Shown: positions 1 to 11,100 of the stretch, in pieces
Layout: every line of letters begins with the position of its first letter
How positions within the stretch are numbered: the first letter of the stretch is position 1
Origin: Candidatus Latescibacterota bacterium
Lineage (GTDB): Bacteria > Latescibacterota > UBA2968
DNA length: 64,000 nucleotides
Reading direction: 5' to 3'
NCBI GenBank assembly: GCA_965208125.1
Contig: OZ242320.1
Coordinates: 2,496,001-2,560,000 of the forward strand
Translations under genes and position numbers: made by a program
The notes under the pieces: generated by a model
The model's input: only the letters and a program-made list of their open reading frames with translations
The model's database searches: none
What the model was told of the DNA's origin: nothing

Positions 1-844
1 AGAGCGTTTGTCTGAGGGGTGGCATGGCTTCGATGAGTTTTTCGGGGGGCAACCACGAATGCCATCGGCTCGCGACGATATTGTAGAGGTTGAATACGGC
101 GAGGCGATTGTTTTCGGTATTGGTCCAGGGATGTGCGCTGTGCGTGATTGCTTCGGTGAAGAATAACAGAGATCCGGGTGGGCAGCTATATGTTTCCCAC
201 ATGGTTGATTCGGGGTCGCGGACGGTTTCGGGTGCTGGATAAGCGGCTTTGTGGCTGCCGCTTACAAATAATGTGCTGCCCTGCCCTTTTTTGACGGGGT
301 TAAATTCCCATACGACGCGCGTTAGTCCGCTCCACGCTTTGCCGGGGATGCAACGGTAAAAGTGGGAGTCCCAGGGCATGCGAAACAGGCCATTGCCATT
401 ATGTGGACTAAATCTTCCGGGTGTTTCAGCATCGCGGTAAAACAGGTGGGATGTTTCCAGTCTGAATCCGTATCGCTCGTCGTTGGCGAGTGGCGGATAT
501 GCCACGAATTCGTTCATAAAGCCGACGATAACGGGGTGGTCGGCCAATTTTTGCAATGGTCCCCCAAGTGGACAGCGTTCGTGTTCGGGTATGCTTTCGG
601 GGTCTTTGGCCAATCGCTCGGCAAAGGTCCGCATTTCGTCGCATTCGTCTTTTGAGAGTACGCCGGGGATCAAGAGCCACCCATTGCGATCAAAGTCGTA
701 TTTTTGTTTTTCCGTTGGCAAGACTACTGGGAGACCATCCGCATTTTTTGGCGTGAGGTCTCTGGCGGATATCGCCATCGGGCTGCCCATGTTTTTGTTG
801 ATTACAAAGGGTTCCGACCGGACGATTTTTTTTGTTTCTGCCAT
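1..844 (-). CDS. PhyH-family Fe(II)/2-oxoglutarate dioxygenase-like protein (3' end outside window)
   Basis: Not in the ORF track. My translation from ATG at 844: MAETKK...KYDFDRNGWLLIPGVLS...LADHPVIVGF...FSPHNGNG...VVWEFN...LFVSGSHK...FFTEAITHS. GGAG RBS upstream. Confidence 0.85.
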   Translation of the reverse strand, partial: MAETKKIVRSEPFVINKNMGSPMAISARDLTPKNADGLPVVLPTEKQKYDFDRNGWLLIPGVLSKDECDEMRTFAERLAKDPESIPEHERCPLGGPLQKLADHPVIVGFMNEFVAYPPLANDERYGFRLETSHLFYRDAETPGRFSPHNGNGLFRMPWDSHFYRCIPGKAWSGLTRVVWEFNPVKKGQGSTLFVSGSHKAAYPAPETVRDPESTMWETYSCPPGSLLFFTEAITHSAHPWTNTENNRLAVFNLYNIVASRWHSWLPPEKLIEAMPPLRQTL

Positions 845-866
845 GAGAGACTCCTTTCTTTTGGCA

Positions 867-2855
867 TTATTCAATCACTACAATCTGATTCATTTCGACC
901 TTGGGCACGGTAAATGATACGCGCCCGTTCGCTACTGCAAATTCAATGTCCTCGTTTTCGGGTGCGAGATATACGCGAGATATGTCGCGGTCCGCTTTCA
1001 GGGAGACTGCAATATTGTATAGCGGAATAATGTCTTCTATTACATTTGTATCGCCCCGTTTGATGGGGTTGGCGTACATGAGATGCAGGATTAGCCGGTT
1101 TCCTTCCTGGGGTTGACGGGTTATGTTTACGCGACCGCACGATGGCAGGGAGACCTGCAATAAGGGGTCGTCATAAAGCAGGTCAATACAGTTTTTTACC
1201 AGGTCGCGGTGCAATTGCATGCCCTGGTCGTCATAGACTCTGAAGATGGGTTGTGCGATGTGTATGATGTTGCCTTTGCGGATGACCGAGGGCCAACCCG
1301 CGTCGCCTTCATAAGGGGTGTTTCGGTGGGAGCAGAATTTTCCGTAGGTGCGGTTAAAATACGGTTTCCACGCGGTTGCGAGTATTTCGCCATCTGTCAC
1401 TTTTGTGGTTACGCCGGATTCATAGACGAGGAATGGGGTGCGTACCAAATTTGAGGCGATGGCGTCTCCGACGACTACGTATTCTATATCATTGGGCGAG
1501 GGTCCAGTATATTCCGCGCCGATGTCATACGCAAAACCATTTCCCGCAGGGTCCAGGCCGCTTTCGCCGGACGATAATAATTTTCCGCCATTTGCCAGAA
1601 AGGCGTCGATTTTTGCTTTTAGTGCGTTATCCACGCGCACGCTATCTGGTAGAATCAGTAGCTGGTAGGGGGATAGGTCCATTGTTTCGTCGAGCATTAA
1701 GAATGGGATGTGGTTTTCCATGAGCATGAGTCCGGCGCCGACTTCGCTGTCTTCCAGATCTCTGTTTTTGTGTACTCCCGAGGGTGCGAGGACCGCCACA
1801 TCTACCACGTGTTCGGCACCTTCCAGCCAGGGTTCGCGTTCTTCAACGCGTTTGTACGCTTCGCCTATGATGCGATAGGTTTCTTCGTCCATTTCACCTT
1901 CTGGATGGAGTTGATCGCCTACCATACAGCGGCAATTTAATGAGATGATTTGTCCTACTTCGTATTCCAATGCAACTGGATTTTTGAAGCCGCCAAATTC
2001 ACCCCACATGCGATGGAATTTGCCCGTTTGTGCGATTGCGTTGCAGTCGGGCAGATTTGTGAAGTAGCGCGCGTTTGTCGGGAAGTGGTTGTATCCCCAC
2101 ATGCCGGTTGGCAGGGATTCAATTTCGTGGTGCGACCAGTAGGGGTAGAGGTCATGGCGACCCTTTTTGTCGCTTCCGTTGTGATAAATTGTGGCGTCGG
2201 GATTTCGGCTCCAGATGATGTCCGTGGTTTTGGACAGATAATCTTTGTACACATCTTGTGAGTGGATAATCCGATCTCCAGCGTTGTTGGGGTCGAGTCC
2301 CTTTTCGTGCATGCTGGCGATACACCAATCACAGGTGCAGATTTCTTCCCCGGTGATGTCGAGAAATATGCCAGAGGGATTGTACATGTCCATTACTTCT
2401 GTCAGTACGGGCAGGACACTCGCGTCCAGATAAGGTGTGTTGCAACACAGGCGATACCATCCGCCGTGTGGCAGGGGGGTATGAGGGTGCATGGTTGGCC
2501 GTCCCACATAGCCCCCATCGGGTCGCCTGACGCGCCATTCGGGGTGTTCGCGGGCCGCTTTTTCCTGCCATTGTACGGTGATATAGACGGGCATGTTGAT
2601 GTCGGCTTTTTTGGCGGCGGCCTGCATGCGTCCAACGAGGTCGGTTTGCAGGTTGGGATGCCTCATATCCGTTTTTGTGGGGTAATAACACCAGCCGTGA
2701 TGACATTGTGCAAAGATGGTTACGGAATTGACGTGTCCTTTTTTCAGGGCGCCGATGAACTGGTCTTCGTCAAATTTGCCACCGACATTCGGGCAGTGTT
2801 CAGAGGTGTGAAAGTCCAGGTGTACCTGTCTGTAGCGGAGTTTGGCGTTTTTCAT
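867..2855 (-). CDS. GH151-like alpha-L-fucosidase (GHL6 plus beta-galactosidase trimerisation-type domain)
   Basis: N-terminal RQVHLDFHTSE, FAQCHHGWCYYPT, TGKFHRMWGEFGGFK and GDQLHP motifs; no signal peptide. Confidence 0.75.
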   Translation of the reverse strand: MKNAKLRYRQVHLDFHTSEHCPNVGGKFDEDQFIGALKKGHVNSVTIFAQCHHGWCYYPTKTDMRHPNLQTDLVGRMQAAAKKADINMPVYITVQWQEKAAREHPEWRVRRPDGGYVGRPTMHPHTPLPHGGWYRLCCNTPYLDASVLPVLTEVMDMYNPSGIFLDITGEEICTCDWCIASMHEKGLDPNNAGDRIIHSQDVYKDYLSKTTDIIWSRNPDATIYHNGSDKKGRHDLYPYWSHHEIESLPTGMWGYNHFPTNARYFTNLPDCNAIAQTGKFHRMWGEFGGFKNPVALEYEVGQIISLNCRCMVGDQLHPEGEMDEETYRIIGEAYKRVEEREPWLEGAEHVVDVAVLAPSGVHKNRDLEDSEVGAGLMLMENHIPFLMLDETMDLSPYQLLILPDSVRVDNALKAKIDAFLANGGKLLSSGESGLDPAGNGFAYDIGAEYTGPSPNDIEYVVVGDAIASNLVRTPFLVYESGVTTKVTDGEILATAWKPYFNRTYGKFCSHRNTPYEGDAGWPSVIRKGNIIHIAQPIFRVYDDQGMQLHRDLVKNCIDLLYDDPLLQVSLPSCGRVNITRQPQEGNRLILHLMYANPIKRGDTNVIEDIIPLYNIAVSLKADRDISRVYLAPENEDIEFAVANGRVSFTVPKVEMNQIVVIE

Positions 2856-4318
2856 TGTTTTTCCTTTGCGGTATTGGCATCTATCGTTTGCAGTAATGCA
2901 TTCATTTGCTTGCGCGCCTGAGGTATGTTATCGCTGTTGAAGATCTGTTGTTCTATTTCGTCTGTTAAGCCCGCTTTTTCGCGTTCTTCTTGCAGCAAGG
3001 CTTTCATTTCGGATACTGTTGAGGCGTATTCAAGGTCTTCGGATACGTCCCGGGTTTCGCTGGGATCTTTTTGGGTGTCGAAGAGCTGGTAGTGGTCGTA
3101 GTTGTGGTTGTACCAGATGAGTTTGAAATTTTTGGTGCGTACGCCGCAATTTGCCAGTTCGCCGTCGGGGTGGATGTCGAAATGCTGGTAATAGAACGCG
3201 GTTCGCCAATCTTCTGGTGTGTGTCCTCTCAAGAGGGATACCAGGCTTCTTCCCTGGATGTCCGCGGGGATGGGATGCCCGGCGTATTCCAAAAAGGTCG
3301 GTGCATAGTCGAGGTTGATGACCATGTCATTTGTGTGGGTTCCCGCTGCGATTTTTCTGGGGTACCGGATCAAGAATGGTACCCGCAGGCTTTCTTCGTA
3401 CATCATTTTTTTATCGACCCAGCCGTGTTCGCCCTGAAACATCCCGTTGTCTGAGGTATATGCTACAATCGTATTTTCGACGAGGTCCTGTTCGTCGAGG
3501 TAGTCGAGGAGCCGCCCGATATTGTCATCTACCGATGCTACGCAGCGGAGGTAGTCTTTGATGAAGTACTGGTAGTTTCTGTGTTTTTGTTGCTGCATGG
3601 ATAACCCTTCGGGCATGGCGTCCCAGTGCGTGATATTCCATTGTTCGTGTACGGTTTCCAGCTTGACTTGCAATGCTTCGGGAGGTACCGGGCTGTCTCC
3701 AAAGTTGTGGTTAAATGTCTCTGGTTCGGGAATTGTTTCATCCTGGTACATTGTTTTGTGTTTTTCGTCCGGCTCCCAGTTGTAATGGGGGGACTTAAAA
3801 TGACACAGGAGCATGAAGGGTTTTTCGGGGTTTCGCCCTTTGAGCCAATTCAGGCATTTGTCGGTTACCAGGTCCGTCGAATATCCCCGGCTTTCTTTCC
3901 ATACGGGACCGTGTTCGCCGGGTTCGATAAATCTGGGGTCAAAATAAGAGCCTTGATTCCACATGACGCTGTAGTGATCAAAGCCCGTTGGTATGCTGTG
4001 CAGGTGCCATTTTCCGATGATTGCTGTTTGATATCCCGCGTTCTGTAATAGGCGGGGGAATGTTTGTTGTGTGCCGTCAAAGATATTTCCACCGATCGAT
4101 GTTTGCCCGTGGAGATGTGCGTATTTTCCGGTTAAGATGGAGGCGCGGCTGGGCGAGCACAAGGAGTAGGTTACGTAACAATTGTCCAGGCGCATTCCTC
4201 CGTTGGCAATGCGGTCCATGTTGGGGGTGTGGTTGATCTGGCTGCCATAGCAACTCAGGGCACCGGTTCCATGGTCGTCGGTCATGATGTAGAGGATGTT
4301 GGGGCGTTTATCAGGCAT
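2852..4318 (-). CDS. Formylglycine-dependent (S1) sulfatase, GlcNAc-6-sulfatase-like
   Basis: RPNILYIMTDD, CSPSR, GKWHL, YTSDNG and DKKMMYEES motifs; no signal peptide. Confidence 0.92.
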   Translation of the reverse strand: MPDKRPNILYIMTDDHGTGALSCYGSQINHTPNMDRIANGGMRLDNCYVTYSLCSPSRASILTGKYAHLHGQTSIGGNIFDGTQQTFPRLLQNAGYQTAIIGKWHLHSIPTGFDHYSVMWNQGSYFDPRFIEPGEHGPVWKESRGYSTDLVTDKCLNWLKGRNPEKPFMLLCHFKSPHYNWEPDEKHKTMYQDETIPEPETFNHNFGDSPVPPEALQVKLETVHEQWNITHWDAMPEGLSMQQQKHRNYQYFIKDYLRCVASVDDNIGRLLDYLDEQDLVENTIVAYTSDNGMFQGEHGWVDKKMMYEESLRVPFLIRYPRKIAAGTHTNDMVINLDYAPTFLEYAGHPIPADIQGRSLVSLLRGHTPEDWRTAFYYQHFDIHPDGELANCGVRTKNFKLIWYNHNYDHYQLFDTQKDPSETRDVSEDLEYASTVSEMKALLQEEREKAGLTDEIEQQIFNSDNIPQARKQMNALLQTIDANTAKEKQ

Positions 4319-5267
4319 TTTGTTTCCTTTTGATCTGAATGTCGTTTTCTGTCAGTGTTCGGCCCAGGGCATTATCCCAGTTCAGGTTTTCTTTTTTGGG
4401 CGTTGTTTGTACGGTTCCGGGCATTCCGCAGATGTACATTTCATGCGTGCCCCAGTGCTTCGTGTCTTCGGCGATCCTTTGCATGTTCCTGGTGTTGGTG
4501 TGCTGAATGGTTGCTTTCATATAGTGTACGATATAGGCTCGCCGAAATCTGTCTGATCTGTTGGGTGTGCTGCGGTGAAACAGGGCGTTGTTGAAAAATA
4601 CGAGTGCGCCCTTTGGTACTTCTACTGGTGTTGCTCGTTCTTCCATTTCGTCGGATACGGTCAATCTTTTTTGCAATAAATACTCATCGCTTTCGACCTG
4701 GCTGTGATCTACTACGCCCAGGCGGTGGCTGCCGGGGATTACCCATAAGCATCCGTTTTCTTCGTCTGCATCATCCAGTGCCAGCCAGGTTCCTATGGAG
4801 GCTTGCTCTATGGCGTCGCCTATGCTGCTAACGTACGTGTTTCGGAAGTACCAGGAGTCCTGGTGCCACGCGATGGGCCGCCCGGTGCCCGGGGGTTTGA
4901 AGAAGTACAGATCGTTGGGACAGAATAAATCCGATCCTACGATCTGGGTGACTGCGTCCAGTCGCCTCGGGTCGCGGATGTGGGATCGCACCAGTGCGCT
5001 GAACCGGTGAAGTCGCGTTATACTGTTTAACGATGCAGGCCCAGAAGTCGCTTCGGCTCCAATATTGCGTTTCAGAATTGCTTGTTTCTGTTTTTCTGGC
5101 AATACGTCTGAGGTTTCGATGAGTTCTACGAGGTCTTCGATTCTGTCGCGCAGTGCGTCGATTTCGTAGGGATCGAAGGCTTTTGGTCGGATGAAGAATC
5201 CGTCTTTTGCGTAAGCCTCGCGTTCTTCGGAGGTTAAGGCATGTGTTCTGGTGTCAATAGTTGCCAT
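4311..5267 (-). CDS. PhyH-family dioxygenase
   Basis: WHQD, WLALDDADEENGCLWVIPGSH and LFHRS give an intact HxD...H triad. Start moved to ATG 5267 (AAGGA upstream). Confidence 0.92.
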   Translation of the reverse strand: MATIDTRTHALTSEEREAYAKDGFFIRPKAFDPYEIDALRDRIEDLVELIETSDVLPEKQKQAILKRNIGAEATSGPASLNSITRLHRFSALVRSHIRDPRRLDAVTQIVGSDLFCPNDLYFFKPPGTGRPIAWHQDSWYFRNTYVSSIGDAIEQASIGTWLALDDADEENGCLWVIPGSHRLGVVDHSQVESDEYLLQKRLTVSDEMEERATPVEVPKGALVFFNNALFHRSTPNRSDRFRRAYIVHYMKATIQHTNTRNMQRIAEDTKHWGTHEMYICGMPGTVQTTPKKENLNWDNALGRTLTENDIQIKRKQNA

Positions 5268-5280
5268 TAAATAGTTCCTT

Positions 5281-7251
5281 TTAAAATCCATGTACCAGGT
5301 GTCCCTGTCCAAAGAAGAAGATGCTGTCTATCACGCAGGATGCAAATGTCGCTATGGCATATCCGATTAGCAGGCCGATGAAGAATGGCTGTCCTTTTCT
5401 GTAGAGGCGCACGCCACCTATTTTTAGTATGGTCGCTTTGTAGATCCAGATGAGAAATACGGAAAATACGGTTTTCTGCGCCATATAGGTGCCCTGTAGC
5501 ATGAGGGCTACGGGATGGAGGGGCAGGTGTACGAAGCGGTATTTCAAATAGGTGAGTACGGCGGTGATCAATACGCCAGATCCCATGAATAACATGCGTT
5601 CTACATCGGGTGCTTCCGGGTTGCGTATCCAGGTTACGGATGCGTCGTAGGAGCGCTGCGGTCCGATCAACAGGTTCCACGCGGCTCTGAGGTTGAAGCC
5701 GCCGCCGGAATAGCCCATGTATATGGCATGGAGTATTGCAAATGTCGCGCCGGCTACTACGGCGAGGACGATTACGCCGAATAGACGCCCCCGCTCGACC
5801 CGCAGCGGTGTGGTCAATTTGAGCATTTGCGCGATTGGGGGTCCCAGAAATCCCCGGGTTTTTCCGAACATGGCCCAGAGATAGCCCTGGCATGTCAATG
5901 TGGATGCGGTTACTGTTTGCCCGCCCATGATGTGGAGTGGGGTCCAGGTAATTGAATGGTAGGCGATATCTCCATAAGGCAGTCCCAGTTCTGCGGCGAA
6001 TCGGGCCATTCCGATGTAGGCGACTGCGGTGAAAAACAGGTACAGGACGACGACTCGGATTTCCATGCCCGCTGTGTGTAGCCACGCTACCATGTACAGC
6101 AAGGATGCTATGAGGGCGATTACTGCCGCGCGGTAGGATATCACTTCTTGAGAATCATCTACGTCGGAGGCATTTTTGAAGACTTTTCGAAATACGGTTT
6201 TCAGATGTCCACGCGCCATCCATAGTCCGAACATGACATAGGCGCATAGTACTCCGAAATTTTGTGACCGTACGGCTTCGCCACCTCCGTGCCCTGCCGC
6301 GATTCCCAGGCGGTCAAAGGTCGAGACTTCAATTTCTGTGAAGAGAAAGAATAACCAGAAGCTGAACAGGGTTTCGACTCGTGCAAAATAGGCAAAACCT
6401 ATGACGTAAATGCTGATTTGTACCCAGAAGGGTTTGGCACCTTCCAGCCAACGGAACCATTGCCCTTCGGTGTGCGTGGTTGGCAGTCCCGGTATTAAGG
6501 GGTAAAAATACGAGATGATGTTCCAGAATACTGCAAAGATCCCGACCCAGAAACCAACGCGGAAGAGCGGTTGGTTGAGCAAGGAGGGCATTCCCCCATT
6601 GCGCTTATCTACCTGAGCCACCTGCATACCCACTTCCATGAGCGGAAATTCCAGGCGTTCGTTTTCTACCCACTGTTTTCGCAGTATTACCATCAGGCAG
6701 AGGGCCACGCAGGCCGCTGCAGCTACAAAGGTCATCCACCAGAATACCGGTACTGCCCAGGATCCCCAGGGTATGGTATGGCCCGGGGGCAGGCCATCGT
6801 AGAAATGGGTCACGGCTTTGTCTTCGTTGTTCATGACCAGCCAGGAGACCATGTTGGGGTGCAGAAGTTCTGCCCAGCCGTTTTCCGGGGTGGCGAAATA
6901 ATAGGGTGCGGCAATTGTGCCGACGACGTAGGATGCCAGGCCATAGAATGGGAATAGGGAGCCGATCAGTCCCATGCCCAGGGCTACGCATAGTTGGCCC
7001 CGGTTCAGTGCCCACCGCGGTTTTACCCATCTGAGTAGCAGGTTGGTACCTACCAGCATCACAAATGGAAAGAACAGGCCCATTGGGAATAGGGCTTTGT
7101 TGTTCTTCGACGCCCGCAAGATCACGGTGGACCAGTTGATGTAGTAATCCGATGCGACGATTAACAGCAGGCCCGCGACTACGACTTTCCACGATATCAG
7201 CTTCGGTTCAGTTGCTGGATGTATTGCCTCCTGAGCAGAAGAAAGAGCCAA
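5281..7251 (-). CDS. DUF6785/DUF6784 polytopic membrane protein (putative transporter)
   Basis: Many hydrophobic helices; RKQWVENERLEFPL, LPLHPVA and KIGGVRLYRK motifs; C-terminus HLVHGF. Confidence 0.8.
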   Translation of the reverse strand: MALSSAQEAIHPATEPKLISWKVVVAGLLLIVASDYYINWSTVILRASKNNKALFPMGLFFPFVMLVGTNLLLRWVKPRWALNRGQLCVALGMGLIGSLFPFYGLASYVVGTIAAPYYFATPENGWAELLHPNMVSWLVMNNEDKAVTHFYDGLPPGHTIPWGSWAVPVFWWMTFVAAAACVALCLMVILRKQWVENERLEFPLMEVGMQVAQVDKRNGGMPSLLNQPLFRVGFWVGIFAVFWNIISYFYPLIPGLPTTHTEGQWFRWLEGAKPFWVQISIYVIGFAYFARVETLFSFWLFFLFTEIEVSTFDRLGIAAGHGGGEAVRSQNFGVLCAYVMFGLWMARGHLKTVFRKVFKNASDVDDSQEVISYRAAVIALIASLLYMVAWLHTAGMEIRVVVLYLFFTAVAYIGMARFAAELGLPYGDIAYHSITWTPLHIMGGQTVTASTLTCQGYLWAMFGKTRGFLGPPIAQMLKLTTPLRVERGRLFGVIVLAVVAGATFAILHAIYMGYSGGGFNLRAAWNLLIGPQRSYDASVTWIRNPEAPDVERMLFMGSGVLITAVLTYLKYRFVHLPLHPVALMLQGTYMAQKTVFSVFLIWIYKATILKIGGVRLYRKGQPFFIGLLIGYAIATFASCVIDSIFFFGQGHLVHGF

Positions 7252-7264
7252 TTGAGATCTCCAT

Positions 7265-8002
7265 TTACCACCGGCTTCGCAGTGCCAGGCGGGGCATGTC
7301 GCGCACGTTATTGGTGGCGGCGTGGACGCAGAAGTGAGCGAAGAATAGTATGTCGCCGCATTTTGGCTCCAGTTCTACGGGGTCGCCGATATCGACGGTG
7401 TGCAGGTCCTGTGATAGCCGCCACATGTATTCGTATTTTTCGGGGTCGGATTCTGCCAGTGCGCGAATGGGTTTGTGGGATCCGGGCCACGCGACTGTTC
7501 CCCCGCCGTGTTTTTCAATGTCGTTGAGATATATGATGGAGTTGATGATGAATGGGCCGGGGAGTGTTTTGTGCATTTTGGCTTTTACACCACCGTCAAA
7601 ATGCGCCCCTTGCCACGCCCATGCTTCATTTGAGGGAAAGACGTTTTGAATGAGTGTGCCGTCTGGTGGATGAAAGAGATCTACACTTTCCCCGGTTAAT
7701 TGCGCCATTGCAGCCATCATTTCGGGTGTGTAACATGCGAGGAGGTCGGGGTGTTGGTTGCTGAAAAACTGGAATAATTTCGATCGGGGTTTAAATCCGG
7801 CCTGTAGCGTGGATGCAATCGCTTCGTCCGAAAAGTTGTCCCAGGTTCCCGGGTCGTCAGGGTCCATGCTCATGACTTCCCACATTGTGGCTTCGCCCGT
7901 GCGTGCAATAGCCTCGGGGATTAATCCCGAGGCCAGTATAAAACCGTCTCGATGGTATTGGTCAATTTGATTTTCTGTTAAGGGTAGTGTTTCAACGGTC
8001 AT
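7265..8002 (-). CDS. PhyH-family dioxygenase
   Basis: YHRDGFI, HFDG, IYLNDI..GGGTVAWPGSH and CVHAA motifs. Confidence 0.88.
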   Translation of the reverse strand: MTVETLPLTENQIDQYHRDGFILASGLIPEAIARTGEATMWEVMSMDPDDPGTWDNFSDEAIASTLQAGFKPRSKLFQFFSNQHPDLLACYTPEMMAAMAQLTGESVDLFHPPDGTLIQNVFPSNEAWAWQGAHFDGGVKAKMHKTLPGPFIINSIIYLNDIEKHGGGTVAWPGSHKPIRALAESDPEKYEYMWRLSQDLHTVDIGDPVELEPKCGDILFFAHFCVHAATNNVRDMPRLALRSRW

Positions 8003-8164
8003 TGCGATTCCTTTCTTTTAAGGTGAGGGAACTCACACAAAGACACGGAACGGGGTACAACTGGCCGTCTCTCAGGCCAGTTCACGCACAGAGATACAAG
8101 ACGATAAAGAGCCCCTTTATACCTCACCGCTTTTCAATATAAAAAACAACGGGTAATTATCCAA

Positions 8165-11100
8165 CTATCCCCTGCACAGGGGTTCAAAGAGGACAGGGTC
8201 GCCAATTGCGTAATCGACGACCTTTACCCAGGTGCCGGGCGATAGGTTTTGGAGTTTGTTATTGTTCGGGTCGATGTAGATGGTGGTGCGTATTTTCCCG
8301 GGGGGCCAGGTGCCCGCGTTTTGGGCGTTTGCAATAACGGCCCAGTCGTCGCTGGTTTCGGTTTGGAGTCGCGTGCCGTGGAGGTTGCCGGATTTTGCCA
8401 TGATGTGAAAGCCAAGGTCGATTTTGTTGTTTTCGATGGTGATGACTTTTGCGCGTCCCAGGATTGAGGTGACGTCCAGAGTGAGGCGTTGGATGTGGGC
8501 GTCGAGTTGTTCGGTGGCTTCGATGCGATAGCTGTGTGCGCGGCCGTCCGGGTTGATGGTGATGCGGTCACCCGCGGCGATGCCTTGCAGGCCCTCGATG
8601 TCGATGGAGCAGGTGTCCCGGTTGAGGGCGATGATTCGGCCAGTTTGTTGTGCGCGGGGATTTGTGAGGGTTGTTGCCGCGGTTTGAAAGGCGGTTGCAC
8701 CCATGGTGGAGATTTGGCCGTCTGCGACGACTGCGAGGGCACCTGTGAGGGCGACGCCATTTTCGAATTGGGTTTTGTCATTCGGGTTGGCATTGGGTGC
8801 CCAGTACAGGGCGATTTGTTTGCCTTTTGCGGTGGTGAGGTGGATGCCAGCGGCTGTGGGGTTGTGCGATGGTATGGCGTTAGTATTGGCGATGGTGGGG
8901 TTGCCGATGTGGGGTTCAAAGACGAGGTCGATGCAGGTGGTGTCGTTGTCAGGCGCGCGACGCCAGAGCAGGGGATGGTAGAGGTAGTTGGATTCTTCGG
9001 GTTTGCCCATGGCCTGTGCCGCACGGGCGTTGACGATCCGGGTGTTTGGAGAGGTGTTGAGTTGATGGAGGTCCAGGTGTACGGCTGGTTCGATTTGCGA
9101 TTGCCAGGTGCCCTGGAAGGTCGGTGGTGCCTGGGCGGTTGTTACGTTGTCCATATAGGCGAGGGCGGTGTGGTCCGGGTGGGGCAGATTGTCTGTTTGG
9201 GTGCGCTGGATGTGCGGGCCGGCGACTGTGCCGGGTTGGGGTTTGAGATCCACATTGTCGGTTTGGAATATGCCTTCCAGACCGCGACAGGTGCGCCAGT
9301 GTTCTGCGCCGCCCGCGATGCGCGAGAGGTCGAGGAGGGCGATGCCTTCGTCGTCGGTTTCGATCAGGGCGATGAGGCGGCGGAAGGTGATATCGAGTTT
9401 GCGCCATCCGCCGGATGGGTCGAGTGCCCAGCGAGTAGCTCCGATGTCGAGGATCTGGATGCCGTCGGTGAAGAGGGCGCGGACAAGGCGGCCACGGCCC
9501 GCGCTGGTGGGTTCGCCGGGTGGCAGGTCTGCCCAGACGGTGTTGTGGGTTGCCCAATGAGCTTCCCAAAGCGATGTGCTTGCCCAGGATTGGGGATAGC
9601 CGAGGTCTGTGAGAAAGGGACGGTCGAAGGCGAAGAGTTGGACGTCCAGGAGGTCTCGGTGGCGGTGGTGCATGGTGTCGCCATAGGCTATGCCCACGGC
9701 GGCTCGTTCGGGGGCTTCGGGTGTGCGCAAGATGGCAATGCCGACGCTGTCGAGGATGGTGGGACCGATTGCGCGGTGTTGTTTGTTTTTTACGGCGGAT
9801 TGGATTTCTTTGATGTGTGGGTCGTTAGTGAAGGCTATGGCGCGTTCCAGTACGCTGGGGTTCATGGGTGCGTGATAGAGGTCGTTTTCCAGGCGGATTG
9901 AGTCTTCTGTCTGGATGCCAGCGGAACCGGGGGCAGAGCCGTCGCCGAATTGGAAGTAGGATTTTCCGATCATGGTGATTTCGCACAGTGCCTGTGGGAC
10001 GCGCGCACCTCGTGGGTCGTTGAATAGCGAGGGGTACAGGGATTCCGGGTAGGCTTCGGGTTGCTGGATGCGGAGGTTGCGGAGGTCGTATTCCAGGTCG
10101 AAGAGGCCGTCGCTGTGAATGGCGTTGTACCCGCCCGTGGATTCTTGGGGTGTGCCGTCGGGCAAGATGTCATTGGTGGTGAAGACGCGCAGGGTGTCGG
10201 GTCCTTCGTCATAGACCCAGTCCATGACGTTCTGGGCGTCGGCGCGATCCAGGCAGCGCAGCAATATGAGTACGCCCTGGCTTTCGCGCGGTAGGTTGCT
10301 GCCTGCGCCTCGATCCAGGGTGACCTGCAGGAGGGCGGCGAGCATTTCTTCGATGAGTAGGCAGGTGTCTTCAGGGCTTTGCAGGGATAGGCCGAACGCC
10401 TGGGCGCGTTCGACGAGTTGTGTGTCTTCTTTCAAGAAGGGCCAGGCTGTGTCATAAGCCAGGGCTAGGCTTTCGATGAGGTAGGGGGTGTCGATGCTGT
10501 AGCGGATGCTGCCTTTTCTGCTCAGGGCGGCAACGGGGTCGGTTTCTTCTGCCCAGTCCGGCTGTCCCCATTCCCAGGGTTCTTCTACGCTTTTTGAGGG
10601 TCCGTAGCGGAACTGGGGGACCGCGGCGAGGTAGAGTTCTTCTGTGGCATAGCGCAGGAGCATGAGGCCGAGTTTGCGCGTGCGTTCTTCGTCGCGGTCG
10701 CCAGCGCGGAGGCTGTCTGTGAGTGCGTTGATGCCGGCGTGATAGGCGCGGCACTGGTCGCGGTGATAGGTGGCGGCAAAGAGGTAGATGTGGCCCTCTG
10801 CGTCGAAGTAGCCGTATCCGTCGTCTGCGTGTTGGCCTGATATATAGTCTTCTTTTGTAAGGTCATTGCTGGGATAGACGAAGGCGCAGTGGGGGCATTT
10901 CGATTTGAAATCACAGGGCAGGTGGTTGCGTTCCCAGGGATAGAAGCCGCTGTATTTGAAGATGGCGGTGCCGCAGTTTGGGCAGCCCTGATGGCAGTTG
11001 GCAAAGTGCGCTTTGGGTAGTTCCGCTGGCGGTAGTTGCGACCAGAGGATATGGTCGGGTTGGGATGACCACCAGGCGAGGGTTTTTTCGTTGATGTGTT

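Noticed and set aside
8059-8082. TPP riboswitch (CTGAGA in a loop)
   Set aside because: The other conserved TPP elements are not evident and the downstream genes are unrelated to thiamine.
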